Source: Obrimoposthia wandeli (lineage: Eukaryota). From it: a stretch of DNA of 64,000 nt. Of this stretch, positions 1 to 11,706 are shown piece by piece. Both the position numbers and the translations under genes were made by a program. The stretch's first letter is position 1. Each line of letters opens with the position of its first letter. Below the pieces are notes generated by a model. The model had not been told where the DNA came from and did no database searches. It saw only the letters and a list, made by a program, of their open reading frames with translations. The DNA is taken from NCBI GenBank assembly GCA_977020255.1, contig CDROCS010000294.1, forward strand, positions 1 to 64,000, read 5' to 3'.

Positions 1-830
1 AAAGATATGCAGCTACACACGCTTATTTTAATAATAAAATTGATTTCTATTATCATAAAGGATTGATGCAAATGGAACAGTTATATCGGATGATGATTGA
101 AAGAGATTGCCAGTTAAACAAAGAGATCGTGAGAACAAAGTTAGCATTAGCTATTACGAATCCAGACATGGCGGTAACCATTATTACCCTTGGATGAAGG
201 AGTGATTTGCTAAAACCATGGAGAAGTATTTGTATACTTACAGAATTAATAGTAGAGGTACAGTTGAGAAAAACAAATCGATGTACAGGTGAATTGGCAG
301 TAACGTATAATTTAAAAGATCTTTTGTTGAACCAATCACGAAATGTTACTTCAAAGACACCCCAACTAAAGAAATCAGCTGCTCTAATATAATGGCACCT
401 GAATATCAGATGACGAATAATCTATGGATAACGTTACCTGATCGGGAAGCCAACGAAAACCCCAGCGACTATTGATAAGAATGACGAATCTTAAGGTAAA
501 TGAAATTCCAAGCGGTGGAAAATATGGAGAACGCAAGTTGTACAATGAAAAAAGATTTAAAAGCGGCGTGGAACGAAATAATGTTTCCAGTAAGAAGAGC
601 CAGAGTACTTTGCGGAGATGGTACATCGAGCATTACCGCCAGGAGCGAGATATGCGAATTTCGATATGTTATTATCGCCAAGTCATTTCAGGAAGCAGCA
701 TGAACACTTAGAAAGATGTGGGGGAAATTCCTTGTCTTAGGACAACTATTTTCGGGTATCATAGGTATTTATGTTATAATTAAATTTGTGCAGGTAATTC
801 TTAGGTGTTGTCTACGTATAGTTTATACAG
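1..830 (+). pseudogene. C-terminal part of chuvirus-like envelope glycoprotein, frameshifted
   Basis: Manual translation across frames gives RSFVEPITKCYFKDTPTKEISCSNIMAPEYQMTNNLWITLP, KDLKAAWNEIMFPVRRARVL and KMWGKFLVLGQLFSGIIGIY. These match element B's FVEPITR...KEINCSNIMAPHY...IWITLP, EDIDKLRKEILFPQIRSRIL and KIWGKFLIFGQAFSGLVGIY. Confidence 0.88.
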
Positions 831-1259
831 GATAACCGGAATCACCTGGCAACTTATAATTGGATGTTTTTCCATTTTAGCAAAATATCTAATGCACCAT
901 CACGAGAACGAGTTGCGAGCCCTCAAAAGAAGGAACAACACCAAACGAGAACCATGATGAGAGAACCAAGAAACTATCGAGACGACAACGACGACGATAA
1001 TGATAGTCCAGAAGATATGCAAAAGATACCAGGAAAACCAAAGATTCCGTTACCAGACAAGGAAAAGTGGCGTTAAACCTATACCCAGCAGAAGGAATTG
1101 AAGGAAGAGAAGGAAAAATTCAAGAGAGGCATCTTAATGATAAGATGGCTAAAGTGAGAAACGCTACAGTGAAATTCCACAAGCAGAGGAAAAAGACAAA
1201 AGATAATTCCAGAAGAATTCTGAAGTCTAGGATATCAAACGAGAATCCCAATGCTCCTA

Positions 1260-1545
1260 CAAGTAGCAGTAACATTGAACGGAAGAGAGAATATCTTGCC
1301 GAAGTTGATACCGGATCTGCAGTATCATAGTACTGAGTAAAGAAATATCTTGTCATCAAAAGAATTAAGAGAGAAGTATGTCCTAGAAAACAGACATTTG
1401 TTAACGTGAACGGTACAGATGTAGTGTCGGAAGGAACGCTGAAATGTTCATTGAATATCGATGGAAGAGTATTACAGTTAAATGCTAGAATATTCACAGA
1501 TTGCGGTAGTCCAGTCATGCCATTGGGATGGACGTAATACGAATG
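1260..1545 (+). pseudogene. Retropepsin-like aspartic protease domain no. 1, frameshifted
   Basis: EYLAEVDTGSAVS (DTG at 1307-1315), followed in another frame by FVNVNGTDVVSEGTLKCSLNIDGRVLQLNARIFTDCGSPVMPLGW (flap and C-terminal strands). Confidence 0.75.
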
Positions 1546-1844
1546 TTTGAAGGAATAATTATACTACCAAACAACAAGAGTTATAAGAATGATGACAGTT
1601 CAGTGAGAGAGAGATAAAAATGTTGAGAGGACCTATAGTCGAAAAGGAAAAATGCACTACGTTCCGTATGGGAAGTTCGTACCCAGACAAAAACAGGAAG
1701 CGCTAGCAAAGTCGATACTTCACTACAAAATGTAAATTTCGGACCACAAGATACGACGAGGAGAAAAATAACATATGTAAATCTGTCAGAAAGGGATCCC
1801 ATGAGATTCGAGAGAGAAGAAAGAGGGCAGAAATATATTAGAAC

Positions 1845-2035
1845 AGTACTATTCAAAAGGAATGGCACGTAAATGGCAAGATCAGGTTTAGAAATGCTAA
1901 ACGCACGACAAGTAGTTATGGTCAGGAGATAGTAGTACGATGCGTATGGTGTAGAGTAAAGTTTAGAGAATGGGAACAGAATGAAAACCCAATGAGACGT
2001 CATAAAGAGATGCACCAAATTGTCCATTTCTTTTG
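1845..2035 (+). pseudogene. BIR (baculovirus IAP repeat) domain, frameshifted
   Basis: MARSGL... then VVRCVWCRVKFREWEQNENPMRRHKE/APNCPFL: exact C-x2-C-x16-H-x6-C spacing after one frameshift. Confidence 0.8.
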
Positions 2036-2224
2036 AAACTGAAAACGTCAAACGTACCAGAAATCAAACGGGAAAAGCACCCGATTTCGATTACAGTGAT
2101 GGGATTCCAAAGGAGAATCAGCTCTAATAACAGGTATTAGAGTAATAACGAATAGTCGAATTGAAGATATATTCGAAGTTATGCGAGAAGTGAACGAATG
2201 TGACGAACAGTATCAGTAATGCTT

Positions 2225-2395
2225 TCGAAGATCCAAGACTTAAAAATTGGCAAAAAGGGACTTTTTATAAAAAGGATAGTAAAGACGTAATTAAATGCCA
2301 CAAGTGTAAAAAGAACGAATTATCGACAGATACACTCTGGAGCTACCTAAGAAAATTTTGTACACATCATGAATTTTTGCGAATTTTGTACTTCT
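2225..2395 (+). pseudogene. Second, degenerate BIR-like domain
   Basis: RLKNWQKGTFYKKDSKDVIKCHKC resembles the BIR motif GFYY-x-G-x2-D-x-V-x-C-x2-C. The His/Cys half cannot be recovered cleanly. Confidence 0.45.
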
Positions 2396-2684
2396 AAAAA
2401 ACAAAATAAAGCAAAAAGAACAGAAAACCGAATGTATAATCGAATACCAAATCACACGAAAAGAGATTTTGGCTCAACAAGACACACCGGTAGTGTCATT
2501 CGTGAGAGGGTTATATATCCAAAAGAAGCAGAAAGAATCAGAGAGAATTGGTAGAATTAAAAATAAAAACTACGCTTGCGAAACGGATACGGATCGATTT
2601 TTGAATACTGCGAGATAAAGATGACAGTACAATTGAAACAAAGAAAAAGAGTACATAAATGAACTAGAATACGTACTAGAAGAT

Positions 2685-2815
2685 CCGGAATGCGCAGTTT
2701 GCATGGTTAACAAAATAGAAGTTGCCTTTCTACCATGCGGACATGTAGAACATGTCGGAGATGTGCGAATGAAATGGTATCATGTCCAATTTGTCGAAGA
2801 ATAATAGATCGACAA
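2685..2815 (+). pseudogene. IAP-type C3HC4 RING finger, one frameshift
   Basis: ECAVCMVNKIEVAFLPCGHV + RTCRRCANEMVSCPICRRII, typical of IAP C-terminal RINGs. Confidence 0.85.
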
Positions 2816-2919
2816 GTGAGAAACATTAGATTTCACTATCCAAATATAGGAAGTGGACTGACAGAGTGTAATAATTCGATAAATACAATATACCATATGG
2901 GAAACATAAATGGGGCACA

Positions 2920-5900
2920 GCGACCAGCAGCTATCATTAGAGTAAATAATTTAAGAGTAAAAGCCTTAATCGATACAGGTGCTGTAGCTTCAATAGTAAG
3001 TGAATACTGTTTGACAGAGGAACAGAAACGAACAATGGCAGAACCAGATGAATTTTGGTATCGGTCAATGGAGACCCTGTAAAAGTGACGGGAATATTAC
3101 CATGTACATTTATAATTGGCCGTACTACGATTACCTTACCAGTTAGAATCATGAAGAATGTCCTGAACCTACAATTTTAGGAATGGATGTATTATCACAA
3201 CTCAAAGGGATAAGTATTGATTTACAAGATCCAAGATTGAAGGATAGCACATCAAACAGACAAATAAACCAAATTGATGTAATTATAGAATCCCTATAAA
3301 AATCGGTATTAAAGATCACAATTTCTCATTCAAGGTCACACATTATCAGAAGATAAAGGACCAGTTGTGTTCGAACCATCACGAGATTTCATAGAGAAAT
3401 ACGAATTACCAGTTGTGAGTACAGTATGCCTGATCGAAAACCATAAAATACCAGTTAGACTGATGAATACAACCAACAATGACATTCTATTATACAGAGG
3501 AATGAGGTTGGGAAAGATAGCACAAATGGAGAATCCCACAGTGTGTGCTATGAAACTCGATAAAGACACGAATGATTACGAAGAAATAGTAATCCAATCA
3601 GAAAGACTGACAACTAGAGAAAAACAATTACTTGACCTAATACATAAATTTCCGAAAGTAATTGCAAAAAATCCATATGACATAGGAGAAACACCTGTCA
3701 TAAAACATACAATACCACTGACAGAAGACAAAGTAGTCAGAAGAAGACCATATCGAGTACCATTACAATTACAAGATGAAGTAAAAAGTCAGATCGAAGA
3801 TATGTCTAAAACAGGAGTAATTAGACCGAGTGTTCGGCAGTGTCAGCAGCTGTGGTGTGGGTAAAAAAGAAGCAGCGGAAAATGGGGTTCTGTATAGATG
3901 TCAGAGAACTGAACAAGATCACAAGAAAGATGTGTATCCACTACCTAGAATCGAAGAGATGCTCGATAAATTGGGTAATTCAGATTATTTTACAACATTA
4001 GATTTGCAGAGTGGATACTGGCAAATCGAGATAGAGAAAGAGGATAAACACAAAACAGCCTTTTCCTGCGGAGATGGATTATACGAATGCGAAAAGATGC
4101 CATTCGGACTGACAGGAGCTCCAGCAACATTTCAGCGTTGCATGAATTTTGTACTCGCATCGTGTGCAAACACGATGGTTTATATCGATGACATAATAAT
4201 ATTTTCGAAAACGTTCGAAGAACATTTAAAAATCTTGAAGTTGTATTTAAAAGACTGGAAAATGCTAAATTAAAAGTTAAACCTACAAAATGCGTATGGG
4301 CTAAAGAGCGAGTAACATTTTTAGGACATATAGTATCGAAAGGGCATTCGACCTGATCCGGCAAAAGATCGAGAAGTAAAAGCGCATTTAGCGCCAAAGA
4401 CTGTTAAGGAGATACAGAGTTTTTAGGTCTGGCGAATTATTATAGACGATTTGTTGAACATTTTTCAGATATAGCAACACCATTGAGAAAGTTGACGAGA
4501 AAAAGATGAGAAGTTCATATGGGGAGAAGAAGCCCAACAAGCGTTCGAGCATTTAAAGAAAGATTGATAAAAGCACCGATATTAGCGTTTCCAGATATAA
4601 ACCGACAATTCATACTCATGACAGATGCAAGTAACTATGCTGTAGGAGCAGTATTGGGACAAGAGGATGACGAAGGAAGAGAACACGTCATTGCGTATGC
4701 GAGTAGAGGATTAAACAGAGCCGAAAGAGGATACTCTGTTATCGAAAAGGAATGTCTAGCCATAGTGTATTCATGTAGAGCAAGTACAGACACTATTTGC
4801 TAGGACAAAAAGTATTCACTGTATACAGATCACAAACCACTACAGTTCTTATATAAACATAGAGATGAGATGAGTAGATTAAACAGATGGTTTCTAAAAT
4901 TGGCCGAATTCGATCTAGAAATCCGTTATAGAACCGGAAAGTCGAACGGCAACGCAGATTGTTTGTCGAGATTGACAAATGTAGACGAAAGAAACATAAT
5001 TCCAGAAGAAGATGAAACCAATGACCAAAAGGAGAAGCAAATCTACTGACGATTTTGCTAAAGACGAGGTAAAAATAGACAAAGAGATCATCAAAGAACA
5101 GAAAGAAGATGAAAGAACTGAGTCTAATCAAAGAATTGTTGGTGAAAGGAGATCTAAACGATGAAATGACGAAGAAATACTCGATAAAAGAAGGAATCTT
5201 GTATATTGTCAATAATGTCGGAAAGATAGTAGTAGTAATTCCGAAGTCATTGAAAACAGCAGTGATGATCCAGTATCACGACGGAACACTAGGAGGACAT
5301 CTGTCAGGGCGAAAGACAATAGCCAGAATCAAAGAAAGTACCATTGGGATGGTATGGAAGACGACATAAAACAATGAATTGTAAACAATGTAAAGTGTGT
5401 TTAACCAGAAAAGACACCGGAACTCGTACTAAAGTTCCGTTGAAACCAATACCAGTTCCCTTGGCACCAATGGAATTCACAGCGATGGATATATTGGGAC
5501 CATTGAGAGAATCAAGTAAAGGAAACAAGTATGTCATAGTATTTACGGATTACATGACGAGATGGGTAGAAGCATATCCCATGCAGAACCAGAAAGCTGA
5601 AACAATAGCGCAAATCTTGGTGGAAGAGATAATATTTCGATACAGGTGCCTAGAAAGTTGTTAACGGATCAAAGGAAAAGAACTTCACTGGAGAAGTCAT
5701 AAAAGCAGTATCGAAGATATTCGGAATTATGAAGTTACAAACTTCACCATATCACCACAGACAGATGGTCTGGTAGAAAGGTTTAATAAAACTTTATGTA
5801 TGATGGTACAATCCTATTGCTCAGACAAGCAAGAGAGGATTGGGATAAATATTTACCTTCATGTTTATATGCTTACAGGAATTCAGTTCGAGGCGACAGG

Positions 5901-6205
5901 TCACACACCATTCTATCTGATGTATCTCAGACAGAACAATATGCCGATGGATCTGGAGTGGACCGAGCCAACATCTCAGTACCTAGAAACTGAACAATAC
6001 ATTGTCGTCATGAAGGAAAGATTACAAGATGCTTGGACCAAAGCCGGATTGAAGTTGAAATTCAATCAAAGAAGGTTACAAGGAACAATACGACAAAAAG
6101 CAAAACCACATGAATTTAGAGTCGGAGATCAAGTGATGATATTTTATCAGTCATCGAACCAGGTCTATCGTTTAAACTTCATAGACCATACAAAGGACCA
6201 TACAA
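2920..6205 (+). pseudogene. pol: Ty3/gypsy pol (protease no. 2, RT, RNase H, integrase), many frameshifts
   Basis: VKALIDTGAVAS; YPLPRIEEMLDKL, TLDLQSGYWQIE, MPFGLTGAPATFQR, YIDDII; LMTDASNYAVGAVL, YSVIEKECLAIV; GGHLSGRKT...CKQCKVC; MDILGPL, FTDYMTRWVEAYP; GPY motif near 6195. Confidence 0.95.
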
Positions 6206-6206
6206 G

Positions 6207-7634
6207 GTGATCCAGACAACTTCAACAAATTTGAAAGTAATCAACGAAGAGAATCGGAACAAGGAACCGATGATTGTACATGCAAATCGATGCAAATTAG
6301 TACCAAATAAAGATAATGCGTCACGATATGAGTTAAGATCACAGAAATCGAAATCGAATACCAATACCATTAAACTTACACGAATGGTAAGTGATCGGAA
6401 CTACATAAACATGATGACGAGTGGTAGCAAGGAAAAACCAGCGAGAATTGGTATGCTCAGAATGAAGTACCAAGAGGAAAAGGAAGTAATCCGACACATC
6501 GCACCACAAGAGATATTAGAAGAAGACGAAGAGATAATAGTCGTTTTCGAAAAAACACAACCAACAGATGTAGCTAAAGAAGTCATTGTGAAAGATGCAC
6601 TGACAAACGAATTTCTGTGCGAACTTAGAGTGTCATATTACGACGGAAATACATTAGTCGCATCACTTTATCAAAATTCCAATGTGTTTACGACTGAGAA
6701 AGTGATAATCGAAATCACATTGACACCAAACATAGTTGCATGGCAGAACTATGACAGTACTGAAGCAGGACTAGCCAGTCAGGAAGAGAAGGAACCGGCC
6801 GGTGGTCACATACTGCATGGTACACCAACAGGACTCAAACAAGAATACCACGATGTAATAATGGTATTACGTAATTCACATGGGAAAAGAGATATCATGA
6901 GAGTCCATTTAATCGACGCTGACACTGAAAAGATAATTTGTCAGATGGACACTAAATACTTTGATGGAAAGACAATTGTATGTTGTATACCAGAATCTCA
7001 CCGGTTAGAGACAGATCAAACGGAAGTATCTGTAAGGTTGAGCGTAATAGAAGGATTCCATTCGCCAACCCATCCGGAAGTGACTAACAATAAAATCATC
7101 AAAGCAACGGCAGAGTTACGCATTGACAGCGGATACCGGAAGTGGGAAGCTAAAAATAAAAAGCCACAAAGAATCAATATGATCCGAGAACAAGTGACCA
7201 ACTCAATCCAGCCAAAATATCATGCTGAAATAGTATCATCCGCGCCAAGTGTAATCACATCGATAAACGACGAAATTATAATTTTACTAAAAAATCGATG
7301 GCCGTCATCAACTGAGATACGAGTAAACTTAATTAATTATGCGAAAACACCGATATCTAAGCTGAATGTTACCTATTTTGATGGATTGTCCATCATGGGT
7401 AAATTGGAAACAATTGTCATGTGCTACGGAGCACAGTTCCAAGTTGAGATACTTAAAGATAGTGTAATACCGTATCCGATTCACAAATACGAAGGGGAAA
7501 TCAATCCAATTATTCTAACACCTTCATTAATTTCAGTCAGACAGACATACCGGAATACCCTTCGAGCGAGTCTAGTGAAGACAGCGAACCGGAAAGTAAC
7601 GATACAGAATCAACAGAATCCGAAGATAACATAA
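6207..7634 (+). CDS. Integrase C-terminus fused to three ~80-aa repeats (TIG/IPT-like Ig fold, inferred)
   Basis: HANRCK...RYELRS integrase tail, then three repeats with conserved I-x4-P, [DE][EV]I[IM][VI][VLF] and Y[YF]DG at near-constant spacing (about 6486-6722, 6807-7049, 7227-7457). An open acidic frame from about 7540 links to the next ORF by one frameshift. Confidence 0.7.
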   Translation: MIQTTSTNLKVINEENRNKEPMIVHANRCKLVPNKDNASRYELRSQKSKSNTNTIKLTRMVSDRNYINMMTSGSKEKPARIGMLRMKYQEEKEVIRHIAPQEILEEDEEIIVVFEKTQPTDVAKEVIVKDALTNEFLCELRVSYYDGNTLVASLYQNSNVFTTEKVIIEITLTPNIVAWQNYDSTEAGLASQEEKEPAGGHILHGTPTGLKQEYHDVIMVLRNSHGKRDIMRVHLIDADTEKIICQMDTKYFDGKTIVCCIPESHRLETDQTEVSVRLSVIEGFHSPTHPEVTNNKIIKATAELRIDSGYRKWEAKNKKPQRINMIREQVTNSIQPKYHAEIVSSAPSVITSINDEIIILLKNRWPSSTEIRVNLINYAKTPISKLNVTYFDGLSIMGKLETIVMCYGAQFQVEILKDSVIPYPIHKYEGEINPIILTPSLISVRQTYRNTLRASLVKTANRKVTIQNQQNPKIT

Positions 7635-7654
7635 TAGAGCGATTCGGAAGAACC

Positions 7655-9637
7655 ATGGAGGTTGAATTCGCTAAAGAAAGCAGAAAAAGACAAAACATAG
7701 AATTCGTGAAACAGAATATACAAGAAAGACGAATTAAATCTGCAGAAGAGACCGAGTCGGAAGAAGACTCAACAAAGGAACAGACATCAGAGACAAAGAT
7801 GAATACCTCTCCAGCAATACGAATGCTGAGAGGAAAGAAACTGGCAAAACTAACCAACATCGACGAACAGATAGAGAAGAGATTAGAAAGATTAAAACTT
7901 GAAGAGTCAGAATTAATGCCACAAATGAGTGAGATCATTCCAGGTAAGTTGTACCTCGGAAATGTGGAGGATGCAACAGATGAAAAGAAACTGTTGGAAC
8001 AAGGGATAACATACGTGATCAACGTTACAATGAATCACAAATCACAATATCAGACGATCAGAGCTATGACATTAAGAGTAAAAGACTCAATGGACGCTAA
8101 TCTTCTCGAATGGTTTGTAGAAACAAACGAAATACTTCACAGAGAACTCCGGAACAAAGGAAAAGTGTTGGTACATTGTCAGAAAGGAATTTCTCGATCA
8201 GCAACCCTAGTATTAGCATATCTAATAAAGACTAGACGAATGCAGGTACTAGAAGCGTTAAAATACCTACAGGAGAGAAGAAGTATTGCAAACCCAAATC
8301 TTAATTTTTTGGGGCAGTTGGCAAATTACCAACTTCTGTTGCAAGAACAAAGACGGATGGACGACATTCCTGAGGACCCAAAGGAAAAGAATTTCCTTCA
8401 AGCATTATCACTGACTGGGTTATTTTTAGCCGGAGTCGACAAAATTACACAAATAATGCCAAAAGTATTTTTATGTCATCCAGGAGATATAGATACTGCT
8501 GGATTAAAGTTCCATAGTATCAACCGAGTAATCAACATTGTTGAAATCGGAAACGAGATAATTAGTCTGTGTCAAAATACTGAAAATGACACCACTCGAT
8601 ACATACATGCTTCCAATCGAGAGATAAACGATGCACAACAACATCTGACGAAATTGACTCAAACCATCCAAGCTGAAGTCACAGAAGGAAACGGCGTTCT
8701 GATATATCAGAAAAAAGGTACAATGTTAGCGCCTACCATAGGTGTATCCTTGTTGGTAGAGTACCATGGTCATACGCCAGAAGAAGCGATGGTCTACATC
8801 AAACAGAATAGACCAAATACGGAATTCAAACCGTTACTCGTTCGAGAAATAGAGAAATACACCGAAAAGAGGAAGCAACAACGAGAAACAAATGAAGCTA
8901 CAACAACAGTGCCCAGCTTTCAATACCAAAGATTGCTAGCGATAGGCTTGTTAAGTTGTTTAATGCCGATAACGGGAGCACAAGAAATAGACTCCAACCC
9001 CGGAAATAGTTCCTGGTTCAACGAAATCCAAAATTACACCATACAGTACCATACACCGGCACTGATGATGCTATTAGTATTGTTAGGACTAATTGATGTG
9101 TGGATCATCCGAAAATGTATTCGATCTATGAGAACCGACAGTAAAAGATTTCAGTTTGTAAAGATGAAAAGACCAAATGGACCAACAAACAAAGTGCTTG
9201 TGTATCTAGACGAAAGGATCGAAGACAACATAGTAAATGAAGCGATATTTTACCCACAAAACAGAATACTGAATCAATTCCGAATAGATTACGAAGCTGA
9301 CCGACAGCACACACTTGACCAAATATCAACAACATTCGCCGGATGCAAGCGGAGAAAACGAGTTGTAAAGGAAATACAAAAAGATGCTGATACAAAAGGA
9401 CCAACGTATATATTCGATGGCGATGTCATCAAAACACGTGAGTATGGAAGTAAGAGAGTGATAATTGAAACAATGGAAGGACATAAAACATGCTTGTCCG
9501 CCAAAAATGGATTCGGAAAGTTGACGATACAAGGTAAACCGGTACAGTTGATTATCGGAAGAGATGGAATCGAGGAGATGTCAAAACAACGACAGACACG
9601 ATCAGAAACAGATATCTCTCAAACGATTGATAATTAA
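7655..9637 (+). CDS. Polyprotein segment: active dual-specificity phosphatase + pseudophosphatase + signal-like and TM segments
   Basis: DSP1 about 7919-8338 with VLVHCQKGISRSATLVLAYL and NPNLNFLGQL. DSP2 about 8441-8860 keeps the fold motifs, but its P-loop is VLIYQKKGTMLA. Hydrophobic stretches at about 8930-8983 and 9056-9109. Confidence 0.9.
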   Translation: MEVEFAKESRKRQNIEFVKQNIQERRIKSAEETESEEDSTKEQTSETKMNTSPAIRMLRGKKLAKLTNIDEQIEKRLERLKLEESELMPQMSEIIPGKLYLGNVEDATDEKKLLEQGITYVINVTMNHKSQYQTIRAMTLRVKDSMDANLLEWFVETNEILHRELRNKGKVLVHCQKGISRSATLVLAYLIKTRRMQVLEALKYLQERRSIANPNLNFLGQLANYQLLLQEQRRMDDIPEDPKEKNFLQALSLTGLFLAGVDKITQIMPKVFLCHPGDIDTAGLKFHSINRVINIVEIGNEIISLCQNTENDTTRYIHASNREINDAQQHLTKLTQTIQAEVTEGNGVLIYQKKGTMLAPTIGVSLLVEYHGHTPEEAMVYIKQNRPNTEFKPLLVREIEKYTEKRKQQRETNEATTTVPSFQYQRLLAIGLLSCLMPITGAQEIDSNPGNSSWFNEIQNYTIQYHTPALMMLLVLLGLIDVWIIRKCIRSMRTDSKRFQFVKMKRPNGPTNKVLVYLDERIEDNIVNEAIFYPQNRILNQFRIDYEADRQHTLDQISTTFAGCKRRKRVVKEIQKDADTKGPTYIFDGDVIKTREYGSKRVIIETMEGHKTCLSAKNGFGKLTIQGKPVQLIIGRDGIEEMSKQRQTRSETDISQTIDN

Positions 9638-11079
9638 AACCCTTTGCAAAAGGTCAGTCAAGGCCCTGTGCACCGTTGCACAAGGATTGATCTATGGAGT
9701 AGTAATTGGATTGGTACTGCAAGCCATGCCAACCAGTAAAGCCGAATTGATGACACTATCCGAATATAATTTACATTTGAGAAATCTAGACAACACCCTA
9801 GAAATAATCAAGACATCCCACAGTAGAGCCGTGATGATCATGTGTGTAAAAGGATGTCCAGGACAGAATGTGTATAGTCCCAGCGACCGAAATGATAACA
9901 CTTAATGGACATTATGGAGTTAGCGTTGTCACATGTGAAGACTACATATTTGGACAAACTAAAATAGTGCTTCTCAGTGACACGTCCAACCAAAGTGCAC
10001 ACAAATTTAAAATATTAACCATCAAGAGTAAAGGAATACCAGCAGTACGTTATGGTATTCTAGAATTGGTTAATCCAATACTCGCACTGATCATTGGATT
10101 TATAATATTAATATTACTCATCTTGTTTTGTTGTTCAAAGATAGAGTCGAGATCAAAAAAGAAACGCCATGATCTCGCAAGACGAACAGGTCAAATGAAC
10201 TTACAAAAATTCAACACAATAATACCAAGACCACCATTCCTAGATGAACCAGCACCAGAGTACCAGCCAACGATATACGAACACATCGAGGAAAGACCGT
10301 ACTATATGAGTAATTTGACTTGTTTCATTGAAGTTCCTGAGTTTAGGAATCGAACGATCATAGGAATCATGCTGATCGTACAAATCACCACTACCAAGGC
10401 TAGTTATGAGATCATGATCAGTAAATGGAGACAAGACGTAATACGGGCAATATACATAGAAATTCCCCTACTAAAAACAAATCACGTAGTAGACATTCAT
10501 CTACAGACGTCAGCAACTGACAATATCGATCAGAAATTGTATGTCATCCGACAGGTCAGAATAAAAATCGACCAACATACACCCGTTTACAAATTAATAT
10601 TATTGCATCATGAAAGAGTGTTATACCTACGGATAACAATATCAAAGAGGAAGCGGATTATCCAAAGTATCCGAACAAAGTCATTAATATTACCTAGAGA
10701 TGAGCGCATCTGGAAAATTGTCGACAGGATTATGATCACAGGTAGACGACGTAAAGCCGTATGGAATTCCGTTAGGATATTTTTCAGATTGCTAGAAACT
10801 GACAGCGTGACAGTAATGTGTCCCAACCCAGATGGCGTAATCAGATTCGAAATCCAAAGCCAAATGTTAGTACCACATTTTAACACAGAATGTCTGTGTA
10901 ATCGAATTGCAAATAATTCTACAGAGACCGCAACCGTATTCATGATAATAATAGGTGATATATTCTACATAACACTAAGATACCAGAACCGTCGATTTCG
11001 CAGATACGGTATAAGTATCAAACCCAGGAAAATCATTCCCAGAAGACCAATCCTAATAGTCAAAAGAAGGCAAAGGTAA
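9564..11079 (+). CDS. Polyprotein segment(s) with signal-peptide-like and transmembrane segments, product unknown (two frameshifted ORFs)
   Basis: GLIYGVVIGLVLQAMPTSKA; TM PILALIIGFIILILLILFCC followed by a basic stop-transfer stretch; TIIGIMLIVQITTTKA. ORFs 9564-9905 and 9868-11079 overlap. Confidence 0.6.
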
Positions 11080-11662
11080 TCGAAAGTAAACGACATTCCA
11101 AGAAACCGACAGTGATCAAAACAAAGACAGAAGCGAAAGAAAAAGAGTCAATCCCAGAAACCAAAGTACAATTATTAAGAGGACAAGAGTGAGGGAACGA
11201 TCCCTAGATCCCAAACATCATTTCCAATCCAAAATAATAATACCTGTTCCATCAGAAACAAAACACCCAAATCCCCGAATTTTTAGAAAATCGGACATAA
11301 TACATGGAAACCGATCAAAACCCATGGAAATATCATTCGAACCGACAAACGACAAAATGAAGTATGATTATAAAACATCAGACAGCGGAATAACAGCGGT
11401 CAATGCCCTAGTGGAATGGCCGTAGTGTCAACAGCGGTGGTTCTACTTACAATCGTGTGCGTAAAAGGCAGTCAAGTATGCCCAGGAATACGACGAAAAT
11501 GCGAAGGATTGCGATGCTGTGACACACCCATCATGGAGGAAGTGGAATTGCGACCCTTACCTCCACCTCCCATCAAGATATGATGAGTCAGAGGAGGTTG
11601 TAGATAAATCAGTGTGTGAAATATGTAGAAATATCTAGAAGCGATTGTACAAATAGTAGAAG

Positions 11663-11671
11663 TATATAAAA
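11663..11671 (+). promoter_or_regulatory. TATA-like box upstream of RING ORF1
   Basis: TATATAAAA starts 44 bp upstream of the ATG at 11707 in a short AT-rich intergenic gap. Confidence 0.4.
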
Positions 11672-11706
11672 CTCATGTAGAAATTAATCATCATCATGTA
11701 TTTAGA

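Noticed and set aside
472-711. ORF with faint resemblance to HNH-type toxin nucleases (GGKYGE...GVERNNV)
   Set aside because: No catalytic His residues, and the overlapping frame (500-703) is clearly homologous to element B's glycoprotein.
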